Shown: in pieces, positions 26,447 through 34,886 of the stretch
Position numbering within the stretch: the stretch's first letter is position 1
How the letters are laid out: every line of letters begins with the position of its first letter
Assembly: GCA_002308795.1 (NCBI GenBank)
Contig: DBVV01000008.1
Coordinates: 25,540 to 62,505, forward strand
Reading direction: 5' to 3'
From: Mageeibacillus sp. UBA1255
GTDB taxonomy: Bacteria > Bacillota > Clostridia > UBA1212 > UBA1255
Length of the DNA: 36,966 nucleotides
Made by a program: the position numbers and the translations under genes
Notes under the pieces: generated by a model
What the model was told of the DNA's origin: nothing
What the model saw: the letters and a program-made list of their open reading frames with translations, nothing else
The model's database searches: none

Positions 26447-27012
26447 AAAAAGATCACGGGCTCAGATTGCCGTGGATCGTGATGATCATCAGCGTGATAA
26501 TTGCCGTTATCACCATCAGCATCGGATTGACCGCGGCGTATCTTACGGACAGAGATGATGAAATAAACGTACTCAAAGAAGGGGAGACAGTTATAGAAAT
26601 TGCCGAAACGTTTTCACCGGATCCTGACCCGGAGCCGGGAGACGCGGCGGTAAAGGTGGTGAGGATAACAAACACCGGGAACCTCACGTGTACGATCCGG
26701 GCGAGGCTCGTTTTCACGGATGATGCGCTTGAAAAAATAACGCAGCCGCTTGAAATAGGAGAAGGCTGGACGGAGGGCGCAGACGGATTTTATTACTATC
26801 TGAGACCTGTTGACCCGGGGGAGACAACAAAACCGCTTATCGAGCGAGTGGTTTTCCGCAGGTTTTATGAGGACGGAACTCCAGTCACGGCGCAGGAGCT
26901 TGGAAAAATTGACGCGGGTCTGATGGTATATTCGGAGGCTCTGGAATTTGTACGGGATGAAGCAGGCGAACCGACGGCGGAGGAGGTGATACGCAACTGG
27001 TCCGGGTATTGA
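26443..27012 (+). CDS. SipW-dependent TasA/BsaA-like subunit
   Basis: Signal ...IGLTAA|YLTDRDDEINVLKEG; PGD...KVVRITNTG; DGFYYY...V.PGE.T motifs. Start 26443 or 26437. Confidence 0.85.
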   Translation: MKKDHGLRLPWIVMIISVIIAVITISIGLTAAYLTDRDDEINVLKEGETVIEIAETFSPDPDPEPGDAAVKVVRITNTGNLTCTIRARLVFTDDALEKITQPLEIGEGWTEGADGFYYYLRPVDPGETTKPLIERVVFRRFYEDGTPVTAQELGKIDAGLMVYSEALEFVRDEAGEPTAEEVIRNWSGY

Positions 27013-27038
27013 CAGCAGGATTTAAAGTAGAATAAAAT
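27009..27038 (+). promoter_or_regulatory. Sigma-A promoter candidate for the ABC fusion gene
   Basis: TTGACA(27009-27014)-18 nt-TAAAAT(27033-27038). Confidence 0.55.
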
Positions 27039-27104
27039 ACACTGATGCGTCTTCGACAATGTCCGCATCGGACTTTCGCCGCTGCCGCAGAGGAGGAGAT
27101 CTGT

Positions 27105-30100
27105 ATGCTTGAATTGTATGGAATAAAAAAAGATTATCCTACCGGTGCCGGTAAGGTGGAAGCGCTTAAAGGAATTGACCTGAGGTTCAGAAAAAAAGAG
27201 TTTGTAGCTATACTCGGTCCGTCCGGGTGCGGGAAAACCACGCTGCTTAATATAATCGGAGGGCTTGATCATTATACCGAAGGGGATCTGGTGATCAACG
27301 GCCTCAGCACTAAAAAATATACGAACAGGGACTGGGATGCGTACAGAAATCACTCGATCGGCTTCGTCTTCCAGAATTATTATCTTATTCCTCATCAGAA
27401 CGTGCTTAGAAATACCGAACTGGCTCTAACGCTTTCCGGGGTTTCAAAGTCGGAACGCAGAAAGGCCGCCGTTAGGGCGCTTGAGGAAGTCGGGCTCGGA
27501 GACCAGCTGAAAAAAAGACCGGCTCAGTTATCCGGCGGACAGGCGCAGAGAGTTGCCATCGCCAGAGCGCTGATCAACGATCCGGATATCGTTCTTGCCG
27601 ACGAACCTACGGGTGCGCTTGACACCGAGACGAGCGTGCAGATCATGGAGATGCTGAAAAAAGCTTCGGAAGATCACCTCGTGATCATGGTCACTCATAA
27701 TCCGGAACTTGCCCAGCGTTACGCGACGAGAATAATCAATATGATCGACGGACGGATCGTAGGCGATTCTGCTCCGGTAAGCGACGACGAGTTTGCCGTT
27801 CTTGAAAAGGGACTAAGCGAGATATCCGAAAATGTCGATGGCAAACCGGCAAAGACCGCCTCCGAATCAGAGAAAAGTGTTAAAACCGGCACGAAGAAAA
27901 AACCTTCGATGTCGATTGCAACGGCGATAATGCTCTCTATAAACAACCTGTTTACCAAGAAAGGCAGAACGATCCTCACTGCTTTTGCAGGAAGTATAGG
28001 CATAATCGGTATCGCGCTGATCTATTCGGTATCAGCCGGGACGAACAGATTTATCGAGCAGGTCCAGGAAGAGACTCTCGCATCTTATCCCATCACGATA
28101 GAGAGATCTCATATGGACCTGAACGAGCTGCTCACCAACCTCGCGGGCAATACCGAGAACGCTCATAATCATGAAAATGATGCGATCTACCAGCGTATAT
28201 CCATGTATAATATGGTCAATTCGATCAACAATACTTCTATTATCGAAAACGACCTGAGATCATTTAAGAAATATCTGATCGAACAGACTGCAGATAAGGA
28301 CAGCAAATACGGCGGAAATATAACCGGACTCAGTTATACGTATGCGATGGACGTCCTCGTTTACACGAAAAACATCAAGGGCGATATCATCGCTTCAGAT
28401 ACGACGGAATTGACGTCAAGGCTCATTTCTAAGGTTTTCGGTGCGGATGTCCCGACGCCGGGAGGGAGCGGTACCGGTTCCGGAAGCAGCTCAACGATGA
28501 TGTCGCTGCTTGCCTCTTCATCCTCCGGTTCATCCTCCAGAAACACGTGGAAGGAAATGCTTCCCGGGATCAACGGCGAGACGGTAAGCGGAGTTGTAAA
28601 ATCGCAATACGACGTTATATACGGAGAATGGCCAACGGGATACAACCAGGTCGTTCTTGTTGTGGATAAAAATAACGAAGTAACAGATATGACGCTATAC
28701 GCGCTCGGGCTGAAAACACAAGCGGATATCGATGCGATCATTGACGCTGCTATGGCAGGCGAAGAACTTAAAGTGCCTGACGAGAAATGGACGTATGAAG
28801 ACATCTGCTCCAGGGAATTCAAGGTCGTACTTAACTCCGACTGCTATGTAAAAGACGAAGCGACCGGCACGTTTAACGATCTGAGGACAACGGATGCGGG
28901 GCTCGTGTATCTTTACAACAGCGGTATCGATATCGAGATCACTGGTATAATCAGGGCTAAAGATGATGCGATCTCTCCCATGCTCAGAAGCGGGACGATC
29001 GGATACACATATAAACTGACGGAATACGTGATCGAAAAGACGTCGGATTCTCCGGCTTCAGTCCAACAGAGAGAGAACCCGGGCACTGACGTTTTCACCG
29101 GGCTGCCTTTCAAGAGCAGTATCAACTCACTGGATGACACGGTTAAAGCGACGCTCTTCAAAAATTATATTGCCGGCCTGAATACTTCAGGAAAAGCCAG
29201 GACGTTTTTAAGAATAGCGACGTCGCCTTCGGAGGAATTCATTAATCAGTCTGTGAATGCCATGATGGAAGGCCTTGACAGGGAAGCGATGATAGAGATG
29301 CTTGCCAGCGGTGCCGCGGCACAGGGGTATATAACCGAGGCGGATATACGGGAATACGTGAAAAATATGTCCGATGAAGATCTTAAGCAGCTTGTCGTTT
29401 CTCTTGCTGCGGAGCAGTTTAAGAACCAGTTCGCTCAGCAGCAGATGGCGAAGTATGCCGGAATGAGCGAAGATGATCTAGCTGCTATGTTCGACGCGTC
29501 GATGACGCTCCTCACTGACGAGCAGTGCGCTGCGCTCTACGATACTGCTCTGGAATTCTCGAACAATACATACGAAGATAATATGAAGAAACTCGGCGCA
29601 GTAGATATTGACGACCCGGAGACGATAAGTTTGTACACGGCAACTTTCGCCGCTAAAGACAATATCAAGGAAATGATCGATGAGTATAATAAGGACAAAG
29701 ATGAATTTTCGTCGATTGCATTCACGGATTACGTTGGCATCCTGATGAGTTCGGTGACAACGATCGTCAACAGTATTTCGTACGTTCTCATTTCGTTCGT
29801 TGCAATTTCGCTGTTCGTGTCGTCAATAATGATCGGCGTCATCACGCTGATCTCCGTACAGGAGAGAACGAAAGAGATAGGCATCCTGAGAGCACTCGGT
29901 GCCTCAAAGAAGAACATTTCAAGTATGTTCATTGCGGAGACTGTTATCATCGGATTTATTTCAGGTGTACTTGGCGTCCTGCTGAGCGCGATCTTTGTTA
30001 TACCTATCAACGCTATCGTACATTATCTGTCCGGACTTTCGAGCCTCAGCGCGTTCCTGCCGTGGCAGACAGCTCTGATACTTATCGGCATCAGCATGCT

Positions 30101-30179
30101 GCTTACTCTTGTCGCCGGCCTTATCCCGTCAGGCAGCGCAGCCAGAAAAGATCCCGTAGTGGCGCTCAGAACAGAATGA
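27105..30179 (+). CDS. MacB/FtsX-like ABC transporter, fused ATPase and permease
   Basis: ATG 27105 after GAGGAGGAG; GPSGCGKT, LSGGQAQR, DEPTGALD; one TM, a large extracellular domain, then an FtsX domain (ERTKEIGILRALGA, AARKDPVVALR). Confidence 0.92.
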   Translation: MLELYGIKKDYPTGAGKVEALKGIDLRFRKKEFVAILGPSGCGKTTLLNIIGGLDHYTEGDLVINGLSTKKYTNRDWDAYRNHSIGFVFQNYYLIPHQNVLRNTELALTLSGVSKSERRKAAVRALEEVGLGDQLKKRPAQLSGGQAQRVAIARALINDPDIVLADEPTGALDTETSVQIMEMLKKASEDHLVIMVTHNPELAQRYATRIINMIDGRIVGDSAPVSDDEFAVLEKGLSEISENVDGKPAKTASESEKSVKTGTKKKPSMSIATAIMLSINNLFTKKGRTILTAFAGSIGIIGIALIYSVSAGTNRFIEQVQEETLASYPITIERSHMDLNELLTNLAGNTENAHNHENDAIYQRISMYNMVNSINNTSIIENDLRSFKKYLIEQTADKDSKYGGNITGLSYTYAMDVLVYTKNIKGDIIASDTTELTSRLISKVFGADVPTPGGSGTGSGSSSTMMSLLASSSSGSSSRNTWKEMLPGINGETVSGVVKSQYDVIYGEWPTGYNQVVLVVDKNNEVTDMTLYALGLKTQADIDAIIDAAMAGEELKVPDEKWTYEDICSREFKVVLNSDCYVKDEATGTFNDLRTTDAGLVYLYNSGIDIEITGIIRAKDDAISPMLRSGTIGYTYKLTEYVIEKTSDSPASVQQRENPGTDVFTGLPFKSSINSLDDTVKATLFKNYIAGLNTSGKARTFLRIATSPSEEFINQSVNAMMEGLDREAMIEMLASGAAAQGYITEADIREYVKNMSDEDLKQLVVSLAAEQFKNQFAQQQMAKYAGMSEDDLAAMFDASMTLLTDEQCAALYDTALEFSNNTYEDNMKKLGAVDIDDPETISLYTATFAAKDNIKEMIDEYNKDKDEFSSIAFTDYVGILMSSVTTIVNSISYVLISFVAISLFVSSIMIGVITLISVQERTKEIGILRALGASKKNISSMFIAETVIIGFISGVLGVLLSAIFVIPINAIVHYLSGLSSLSAFLPWQTALILIGISMLLTLVAGLIPSGSAARKDPVVALRTE

Positions 30180-30209
30180 GCCATACGATTTTTGATGATA
30201 CACTGCTCG

Positions 30210-30238
30210 TTGATTTTTTCGGAAGGATGTTATAAAAT
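30210..30238 (+). promoter_or_regulatory. Sigma-A promoter candidate
   Basis: TTGATT-17 nt-TAAAAT upstream of the lipoprotein gene. Confidence 0.55.
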
Positions 30239-30276
30239 AGCCGTAAGATGCGCACAGAGCAAAGGAGGTTCACAGA

Positions 30277-32292
30277 ATGAGGAGAACGGAAATAAAACTT
30301 GCTGTACTTTTGGCGGTTTTGATATGCCTATCGCTTCTTTTTGCCGCTTGTAACGAGCAGAATGAGACTCCGACAGAAAAACCCGAAATAACGGGATCGT
30401 CGGACAGCACTGCCGGGGTTCCGGAAGATAAAACTCCGGAAATATCCGACGAGACGCCTGAGCAGAGCGCGGATATCGTGCCCACAGAGCAGAATACTGA
30501 TGCTGCTGCCACAGATCAGCCGACAGAACAGACGACGGATCAGCACACAACGAACCCGACACCCGTACCGACGCCGCCTCCGGATCAGGATCAGGATGCG
30601 GCTAAGAGAGCGCTGGAATTTGAAAAAACGTATGAAGGCACCTGGACTGCAAATGATGACTCGTTCCTTGATTTCAGTCTGGAAGACGGGGAGCCCTGGA
30701 TCTTCAACGCTATCTGGAACAGCGGCGGAGAATTCCCGTCGTTCAAAATACTTGACGCCGTAAAACTTGACGAATCAGGTAAAAAATATCTGCTGAAACT
30801 CAGGTCAAGAGACGGAGCGGAATCCGAACTGAACTTTGAATCTCAGGGAATGTATATTGACATTTCGACGCCGGGCGGTTTATTAGGCGGAAAACGGTAC
30901 TTTTACGACGGAACCAGACAGTACCCGCCTGAGACTCAGACGCTTACCAAGGATATGATCCTGGGCATTTTCGGCGGAAAATGGGTGGCGTACCAGAACA
31001 GCGACGACGTCATCCTCATTGAAAAAGACTCAAACGGCGATATCAAACTGACGCGCCTGGCAGGAGGCAGCAGCATCAACGCGGATGCGTATACTATAAA
31101 GACAGTTACGACCGCAGATGCTCTTGGCCACGAATATGAGGCGGTATTTGAAAACAGAAACACAGGAAAAGATTTCAATACGACGATGGGCGTTTTCCAG
31201 GCCGGCGGCGTTATCGAAATAGATTATCAAAACGGCAAGGGCAGGATAGCATATCTCGTTTACAACGCTCCGACGCTTGAAAACGTTGATCCCTTTGATT
31301 TTGTCAATAAATTTAACGGCGAATGGACGAATTCCGATGATGAGTTCATTTCTTACTCTTCGTACGGCGGAACGCCCGGAATGATGTTCGCTATCTGGAA
31401 TGCAGGAGGACCGTTCCCCGCAGGCGAGATACTTAAAGTGACGCGCATAGGCGGAGAAGACTATTATGAAGTGCTCCTGAAGATGAACGATGACAGCGGG
31501 ACACACACCTTCTTTGTTAAATATGATAGTTCTACCGGAAAGATGACGGTATGGGAAGACGGCGAGGACGGCAAGGATTATTATTACGATGCCACAAAAC
31601 AGCAGGCAAAGCCTATGACGGTAAAAGAAATACTCAGTTATTTCGGAGGTGTCTGGATCGCGGATATAAACGATAATGAATTTATTCAGATCGAGACGGC
31701 CGGAGACGAGTCCGTTGCCTCTGTGATACATGGATTCAGAAATGATATAGGAGCGTTTGATTATTACAGCATCGACGTAGCGATCGGAGACGCGCTGGGG
31801 AAAGATTTCCAGCTTACTCTGCGGAATTCCGGCACTGACGAGATCTCTGTCCATTACGCAGGATTGATCCAGGCGGGACAGACGCTCCTTATCGACCTGA
31901 ATGACGGAAAAGGCGAGCGCGCATTTGTATTGTCCGACGCTAAAAGGATCGTTCAGCTGATGCCGACGTTCCTTGCGAATCAGCTCGCCGGAAGCTGGAC
32001 TGCGTCAAACGACAGTGATTTCATTGACATCGACGTTGAAGATGAAAAAGCGGTGATGATGTTTGCGGTCTGGTATTCCGGAGGTCAATTCCCGGCAGGC
32101 AGGATCATGAGAGTAACTCAGATCTCCGGCGGAGCACGTGACGGCGAGTACCTGCTTGTACTTAGAATGAACGGCACCAATTCGATCGAATCGTACGGCC
32201 TGAAAAAAACGGCGGATAATAAATTCGAGTTCTGGCCTCTGGGCGGGAAGCATGACGTTTATACGTACTATCCTGACAGGCAGCTTCCGTGA
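30277..32292 (+). CDS. Lipoprotein with a T/P/E-rich linker and five tandem ~113-aa beta-rich (lipocalin-like) domains
   Basis: RBS AAAGGAGG; lipobox FAAC; GxW motifs with Trp codons at 30643, 30982, 31324, 31654 and 31996. Confidence 0.85.
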   Translation: MRRTEIKLAVLLAVLICLSLLFAACNEQNETPTEKPEITGSSDSTAGVPEDKTPEISDETPEQSADIVPTEQNTDAAATDQPTEQTTDQHTTNPTPVPTPPPDQDQDAAKRALEFEKTYEGTWTANDDSFLDFSLEDGEPWIFNAIWNSGGEFPSFKILDAVKLDESGKKYLLKLRSRDGAESELNFESQGMYIDISTPGGLLGGKRYFYDGTRQYPPETQTLTKDMILGIFGGKWVAYQNSDDVILIEKDSNGDIKLTRLAGGSSINADAYTIKTVTTADALGHEYEAVFENRNTGKDFNTTMGVFQAGGVIEIDYQNGKGRIAYLVYNAPTLENVDPFDFVNKFNGEWTNSDDEFISYSSYGGTPGMMFAIWNAGGPFPAGEILKVTRIGGEDYYEVLLKMNDDSGTHTFFVKYDSSTGKMTVWEDGEDGKDYYYDATKQQAKPMTVKEILSYFGGVWIADINDNEFIQIETAGDESVASVIHGFRNDIGAFDYYSIDVAIGDALGKDFQLTLRNSGTDEISVHYAGLIQAGQTLLIDLNDGKGERAFVLSDAKRIVQLMPTFLANQLAGSWTASNDSDFIDIDVEDEKAVMMFAVWYSGGQFPAGRIMRVTQISGGARDGEYLLVLRMNGTNSIESYGLKKTADNKFEFWPLGGKHDVYTYYPDRQLP

Positions 32293-32359
32293 CGTATCCG
32301 GGTGCAGTCGGGCCTGACGGATCCGGTCTATAGATGGTTTATTAATTATATACGGATTT

Positions 32360-32390
32360 GCGGACGGGTTTAAGGCGCCCGTCCGTTTTA
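32360..32390 (+). terminator. Intrinsic terminator
   Basis: CGGACGGG/CCCGTCCG stem followed by TTTT. Confidence 0.65.
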
Positions 32391-32459
32391 ATATTCTTAT
32401 GTTTCCTGAGCGATCAGGCGTACTTACGGCACTTCCGGCATTTTCGGGCACTTTTTAAG

Positions 32460-32488
32460 TTGCGAAAGAGTTTGTGTAGTGGTAAAAT
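32460..32488 (+). promoter_or_regulatory. Sigma-A promoter candidate with extended -10
   Basis: TTGCGA-17 nt-TAAAAT, with TGn immediately before the -10. Confidence 0.6.
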
Positions 32489-32580
32489 AACCTGAAGGCG
32501 TCCGGCAGGGCGTTTCGCTCTTATTCTCCGCCTGCAGTCCGGACAGCCGTCCTAATTCTTTTTTGAAAGGTGAAAATCAA

Positions 32581-33528
32581 ATGGGCAGAAAAATCACGGT
32601 CATCGGAGCAGGAAGCGTCGGTTCCACGATAACTTATACGCTGGCGGTAGATAAGATCGCATCTGAAATAGTAATGATCGACGTAAACGAAGAAAAAGCC
32701 CGCGGAGAAGCTATGGACATACTGCAGGGCATGCCTTTCAGCTCGCCGACGAACATTTATGCGGGAGATTACAGCGACGCAGCCGGATCTGATATTGTCA
32801 TCATAACGTGCGGCATAGCGAGAAAAGCAGGACAGTCGAGGATCGACCTTGCCCAGACGAACGTGAATATCATAAAACAGATAGCGCCGGAGATAGCAAA
32901 ATACGCCCCGGACGCTATTTATATTATTGTCAGCAACCCCGTTGACATCCTGACGTACGTTTTCATGCGCGTATCCGGCATACCCGAAAAACACATAATC
33001 GGATCCGGAACCATACTTGACACCTCGCGCCTCCGTTCGCGTATAGCCGAATACGTCGGTATAAGTGAGCAGAACATACATGCGTACGTGCTGGGAGAAC
33101 ACGGCGACAGCTCGTTCGTGCCCTGGTCGATCGCACAGGTCGGATGCGTGAACCTGTTCGACTACCGCAAAGACTTCCACTTCTACGACTCGCTCCGCCC
33201 CGAACTTGACACCGACGAAATAGAAAACTACATCCGCACTTCGGGCGGCCAGATCATCAAACGCAAAGGGGCTACTTTCTATGCGGTCTCGATCTCGGTC
33301 TGCCACATCGTAAAATGCCTGCTGGGCAGCGCGAACAACGCACTCACGGTATCGTCGATGATGCACGGCGAGTACGATATCGAAGACGTATGTCTCAGCA
33401 TTCCGTTCATAATCGGACCTCACGGCGTCTCCGGCCACCTGCTCCCGAACCTCACCGGCTCCGAGATCGGAAAGCTCCAGAACAGCGCGAACATCCTTAA
33501 AAACGTTATCCGCCAGGTCAGCATCTGA
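32581..33528 (+). CDS. ldh: L-lactate/malate dehydrogenase family protein (LDH-like; Arg at the specificity position)
   Basis: GAGSVG Rossmann motif, VSNPVD, LDTSR, GEHGDS, KGATFYA; substrate loop reads ARKAGQSRIDL. Confidence 0.9.
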   Translation: MGRKITVIGAGSVGSTITYTLAVDKIASEIVMIDVNEEKARGEAMDILQGMPFSSPTNIYAGDYSDAAGSDIVIITCGIARKAGQSRIDLAQTNVNIIKQIAPEIAKYAPDAIYIIVSNPVDILTYVFMRVSGIPEKHIIGSGTILDTSRLRSRIAEYVGISEQNIHAYVLGEHGDSSFVPWSIAQVGCVNLFDYRKDFHFYDSLRPELDTDEIENYIRTSGGQIIKRKGATFYAVSISVCHIVKCLLGSANNALTVSSMMHGEYDIEDVCLSIPFIIGPHGVSGHLLPNLTGSEIGKLQNSANILKNVIRQVSI

Positions 33529-33591
33529 CCTGCCCGGGGCGTCCGGTCATTTAAACAGATCAACCCAAACACCTCATAAGGAGATATAAAA

Positions 33592-34458
33592 ATGACATAC
33601 ACATACTATCCGGGCTGCACGCTTAAAACAAAAGCTCAGGACCTGGATCACTACGGCCGCGAAAGCCTGAAAGCGCTCGGCATCACGCTCGAAGAACCGG
33701 AAGAGTGGCAGTGCTGCGGTGCGGTATATCCGATCGCCCGCGACGAAATTGCCACCAAACTCTCCGCCGTTCGCGCACTTGCCGCCGCCAGGGACAATGC
33801 GTCTCCGCTCGTGACCCTCTGCTCTGCCTGCCATCACGTGCTCACCAGGGTCAACGACGATATGCGCCGCGACGAGAACGTGCGCACGAAGGCCAACAAC
33901 TATCTCAAACTCCCCGTGCCCTACGCCGGCGAGACGGAAGTCATCCACTACCTGCAGCTCTTGCGCGACAAGATCGGATTCGATAACATTGCCAAAGCCG
34001 TTAAAAACCCGCTCAAGGGCCGCAAAATAGGTGCTTATTACGGCTGCCTTCTGCTGAGACCTTCAAAGGTGATGCAGTTCGACGATCCCGAAAATCCGCA
34101 CATCATCGAAGACTTTATAAAAGCACTGGGCGCCACGCCGGTAATCTACGGCATGCGCAACGAATGCTGCGGCGGTTACGTCACACTGAAAGACGAGGCA
34201 CAGGCTGCGGAAAACACGAACCGCATAATCAGAAACGCCGCATCAAAAGGCGCGGAAGAACTCATAACCGCCTGCCCGCTCTGCATGTATAACCTCAGGA
34301 AACACTCGGACGGCACCGTAAAAATAAGCTACATCACGGAACTGTTATATGACGCTCTGGGTCTTCGCGAAGAACTCGGAGACGCGCCGGAAGCGTGCGA
34401 AACGGCGAACAGCAGTACTGCCGCATGCGAATGCAGGCGCACGGAAAAAGCTGAATAA
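33592..34458 (+). CDS. hdrB: Heterodisulfide reductase subunit B (CCG domains)
   Basis: YYPGC, WQCCG, CSAC, YYGCLL.RP, ECCGG, CPLC. Confidence 0.93.
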   Translation: MTYTYYPGCTLKTKAQDLDHYGRESLKALGITLEEPEEWQCCGAVYPIARDEIATKLSAVRALAAARDNASPLVTLCSACHHVLTRVNDDMRRDENVRTKANNYLKLPVPYAGETEVIHYLQLLRDKIGFDNIAKAVKNPLKGRKIGAYYGCLLLRPSKVMQFDDPENPHIIEDFIKALGATPVIYGMRNECCGGYVTLKDEAQAAENTNRIIRNAASKGAEELITACPLCMYNLRKHSDGTVKISYITELLYDALGLREELGDAPEACETANSSTAACECRRTEKAE

Positions 34459-34472
34459 AGGGGGGCCATGAT

Positions 34473-34871
34473 ATGCATCAGACAGAAAAAGAAACGGCCG
34501 AACTTATAAAACAGATCAGCGGCTCCGACGTAAAAAAATGCATGAAATGCGGCAAATGCTCAGCCACCTGCCCCGCGTACGGCGAAATGAAATTTCACCC
34601 GCACCAGTTCGTAACGATGGTTGCCCACGGGAGAGTAGACGAACTTCTGCGCGACGAGACAGTGACGAGATGCTTAAGCTGCTTCGCGTGCGTTGAACGC
34701 TGCCCCAGAGGCGTAGAACCGGCAAACGTTGTCGCGGCGATAAGAGTACTGGCCGAACGCGAACAGGGCGGCTCGAACTTCGTCCCGGACGAGGTACCCG
34801 CGCTTATTGCCGCGGACAATGAAATTCCCCAGCAGGCGCTCGTCAGCGCGTTTCGCAGGTACAGAAAGTAA
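34473..34871 (+). CDS. hdrC: Heterodisulfide reductase subunit C (two 4Fe-4S)
   Basis: CMKCGKCSATCP and CLSCFACVERCP. Confidence 0.92.
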   Translation: MHQTEKETAELIKQISGSDVKKCMKCGKCSATCPAYGEMKFHPHQFVTMVAHGRVDELLRDETVTRCLSCFACVERCPRGVEPANVVAAIRVLAEREQGGSNFVPDEVPALIAADNEIPQQALVSAFRRYRK

Positions 34872-34886
34872 AGGCGGTGACAAGAT

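Noticed and set aside
20573-27012. Classical sortase-polymerised pilus operon
   Set aside because: There is no sortase in the locus, no YPKN pilin motif was seen, the adhesin lacks LPxTG, and the subunits have SipW-class signals.
27105-30179. MacB-like ABC transporter as the exporter of the fibre system
   Set aside because: It has its own promoter candidate (27009-27038), the fibre proteins have Sec-type signal peptides, and this transporter type is common on its own. Linkage is unsupported without synteny data.
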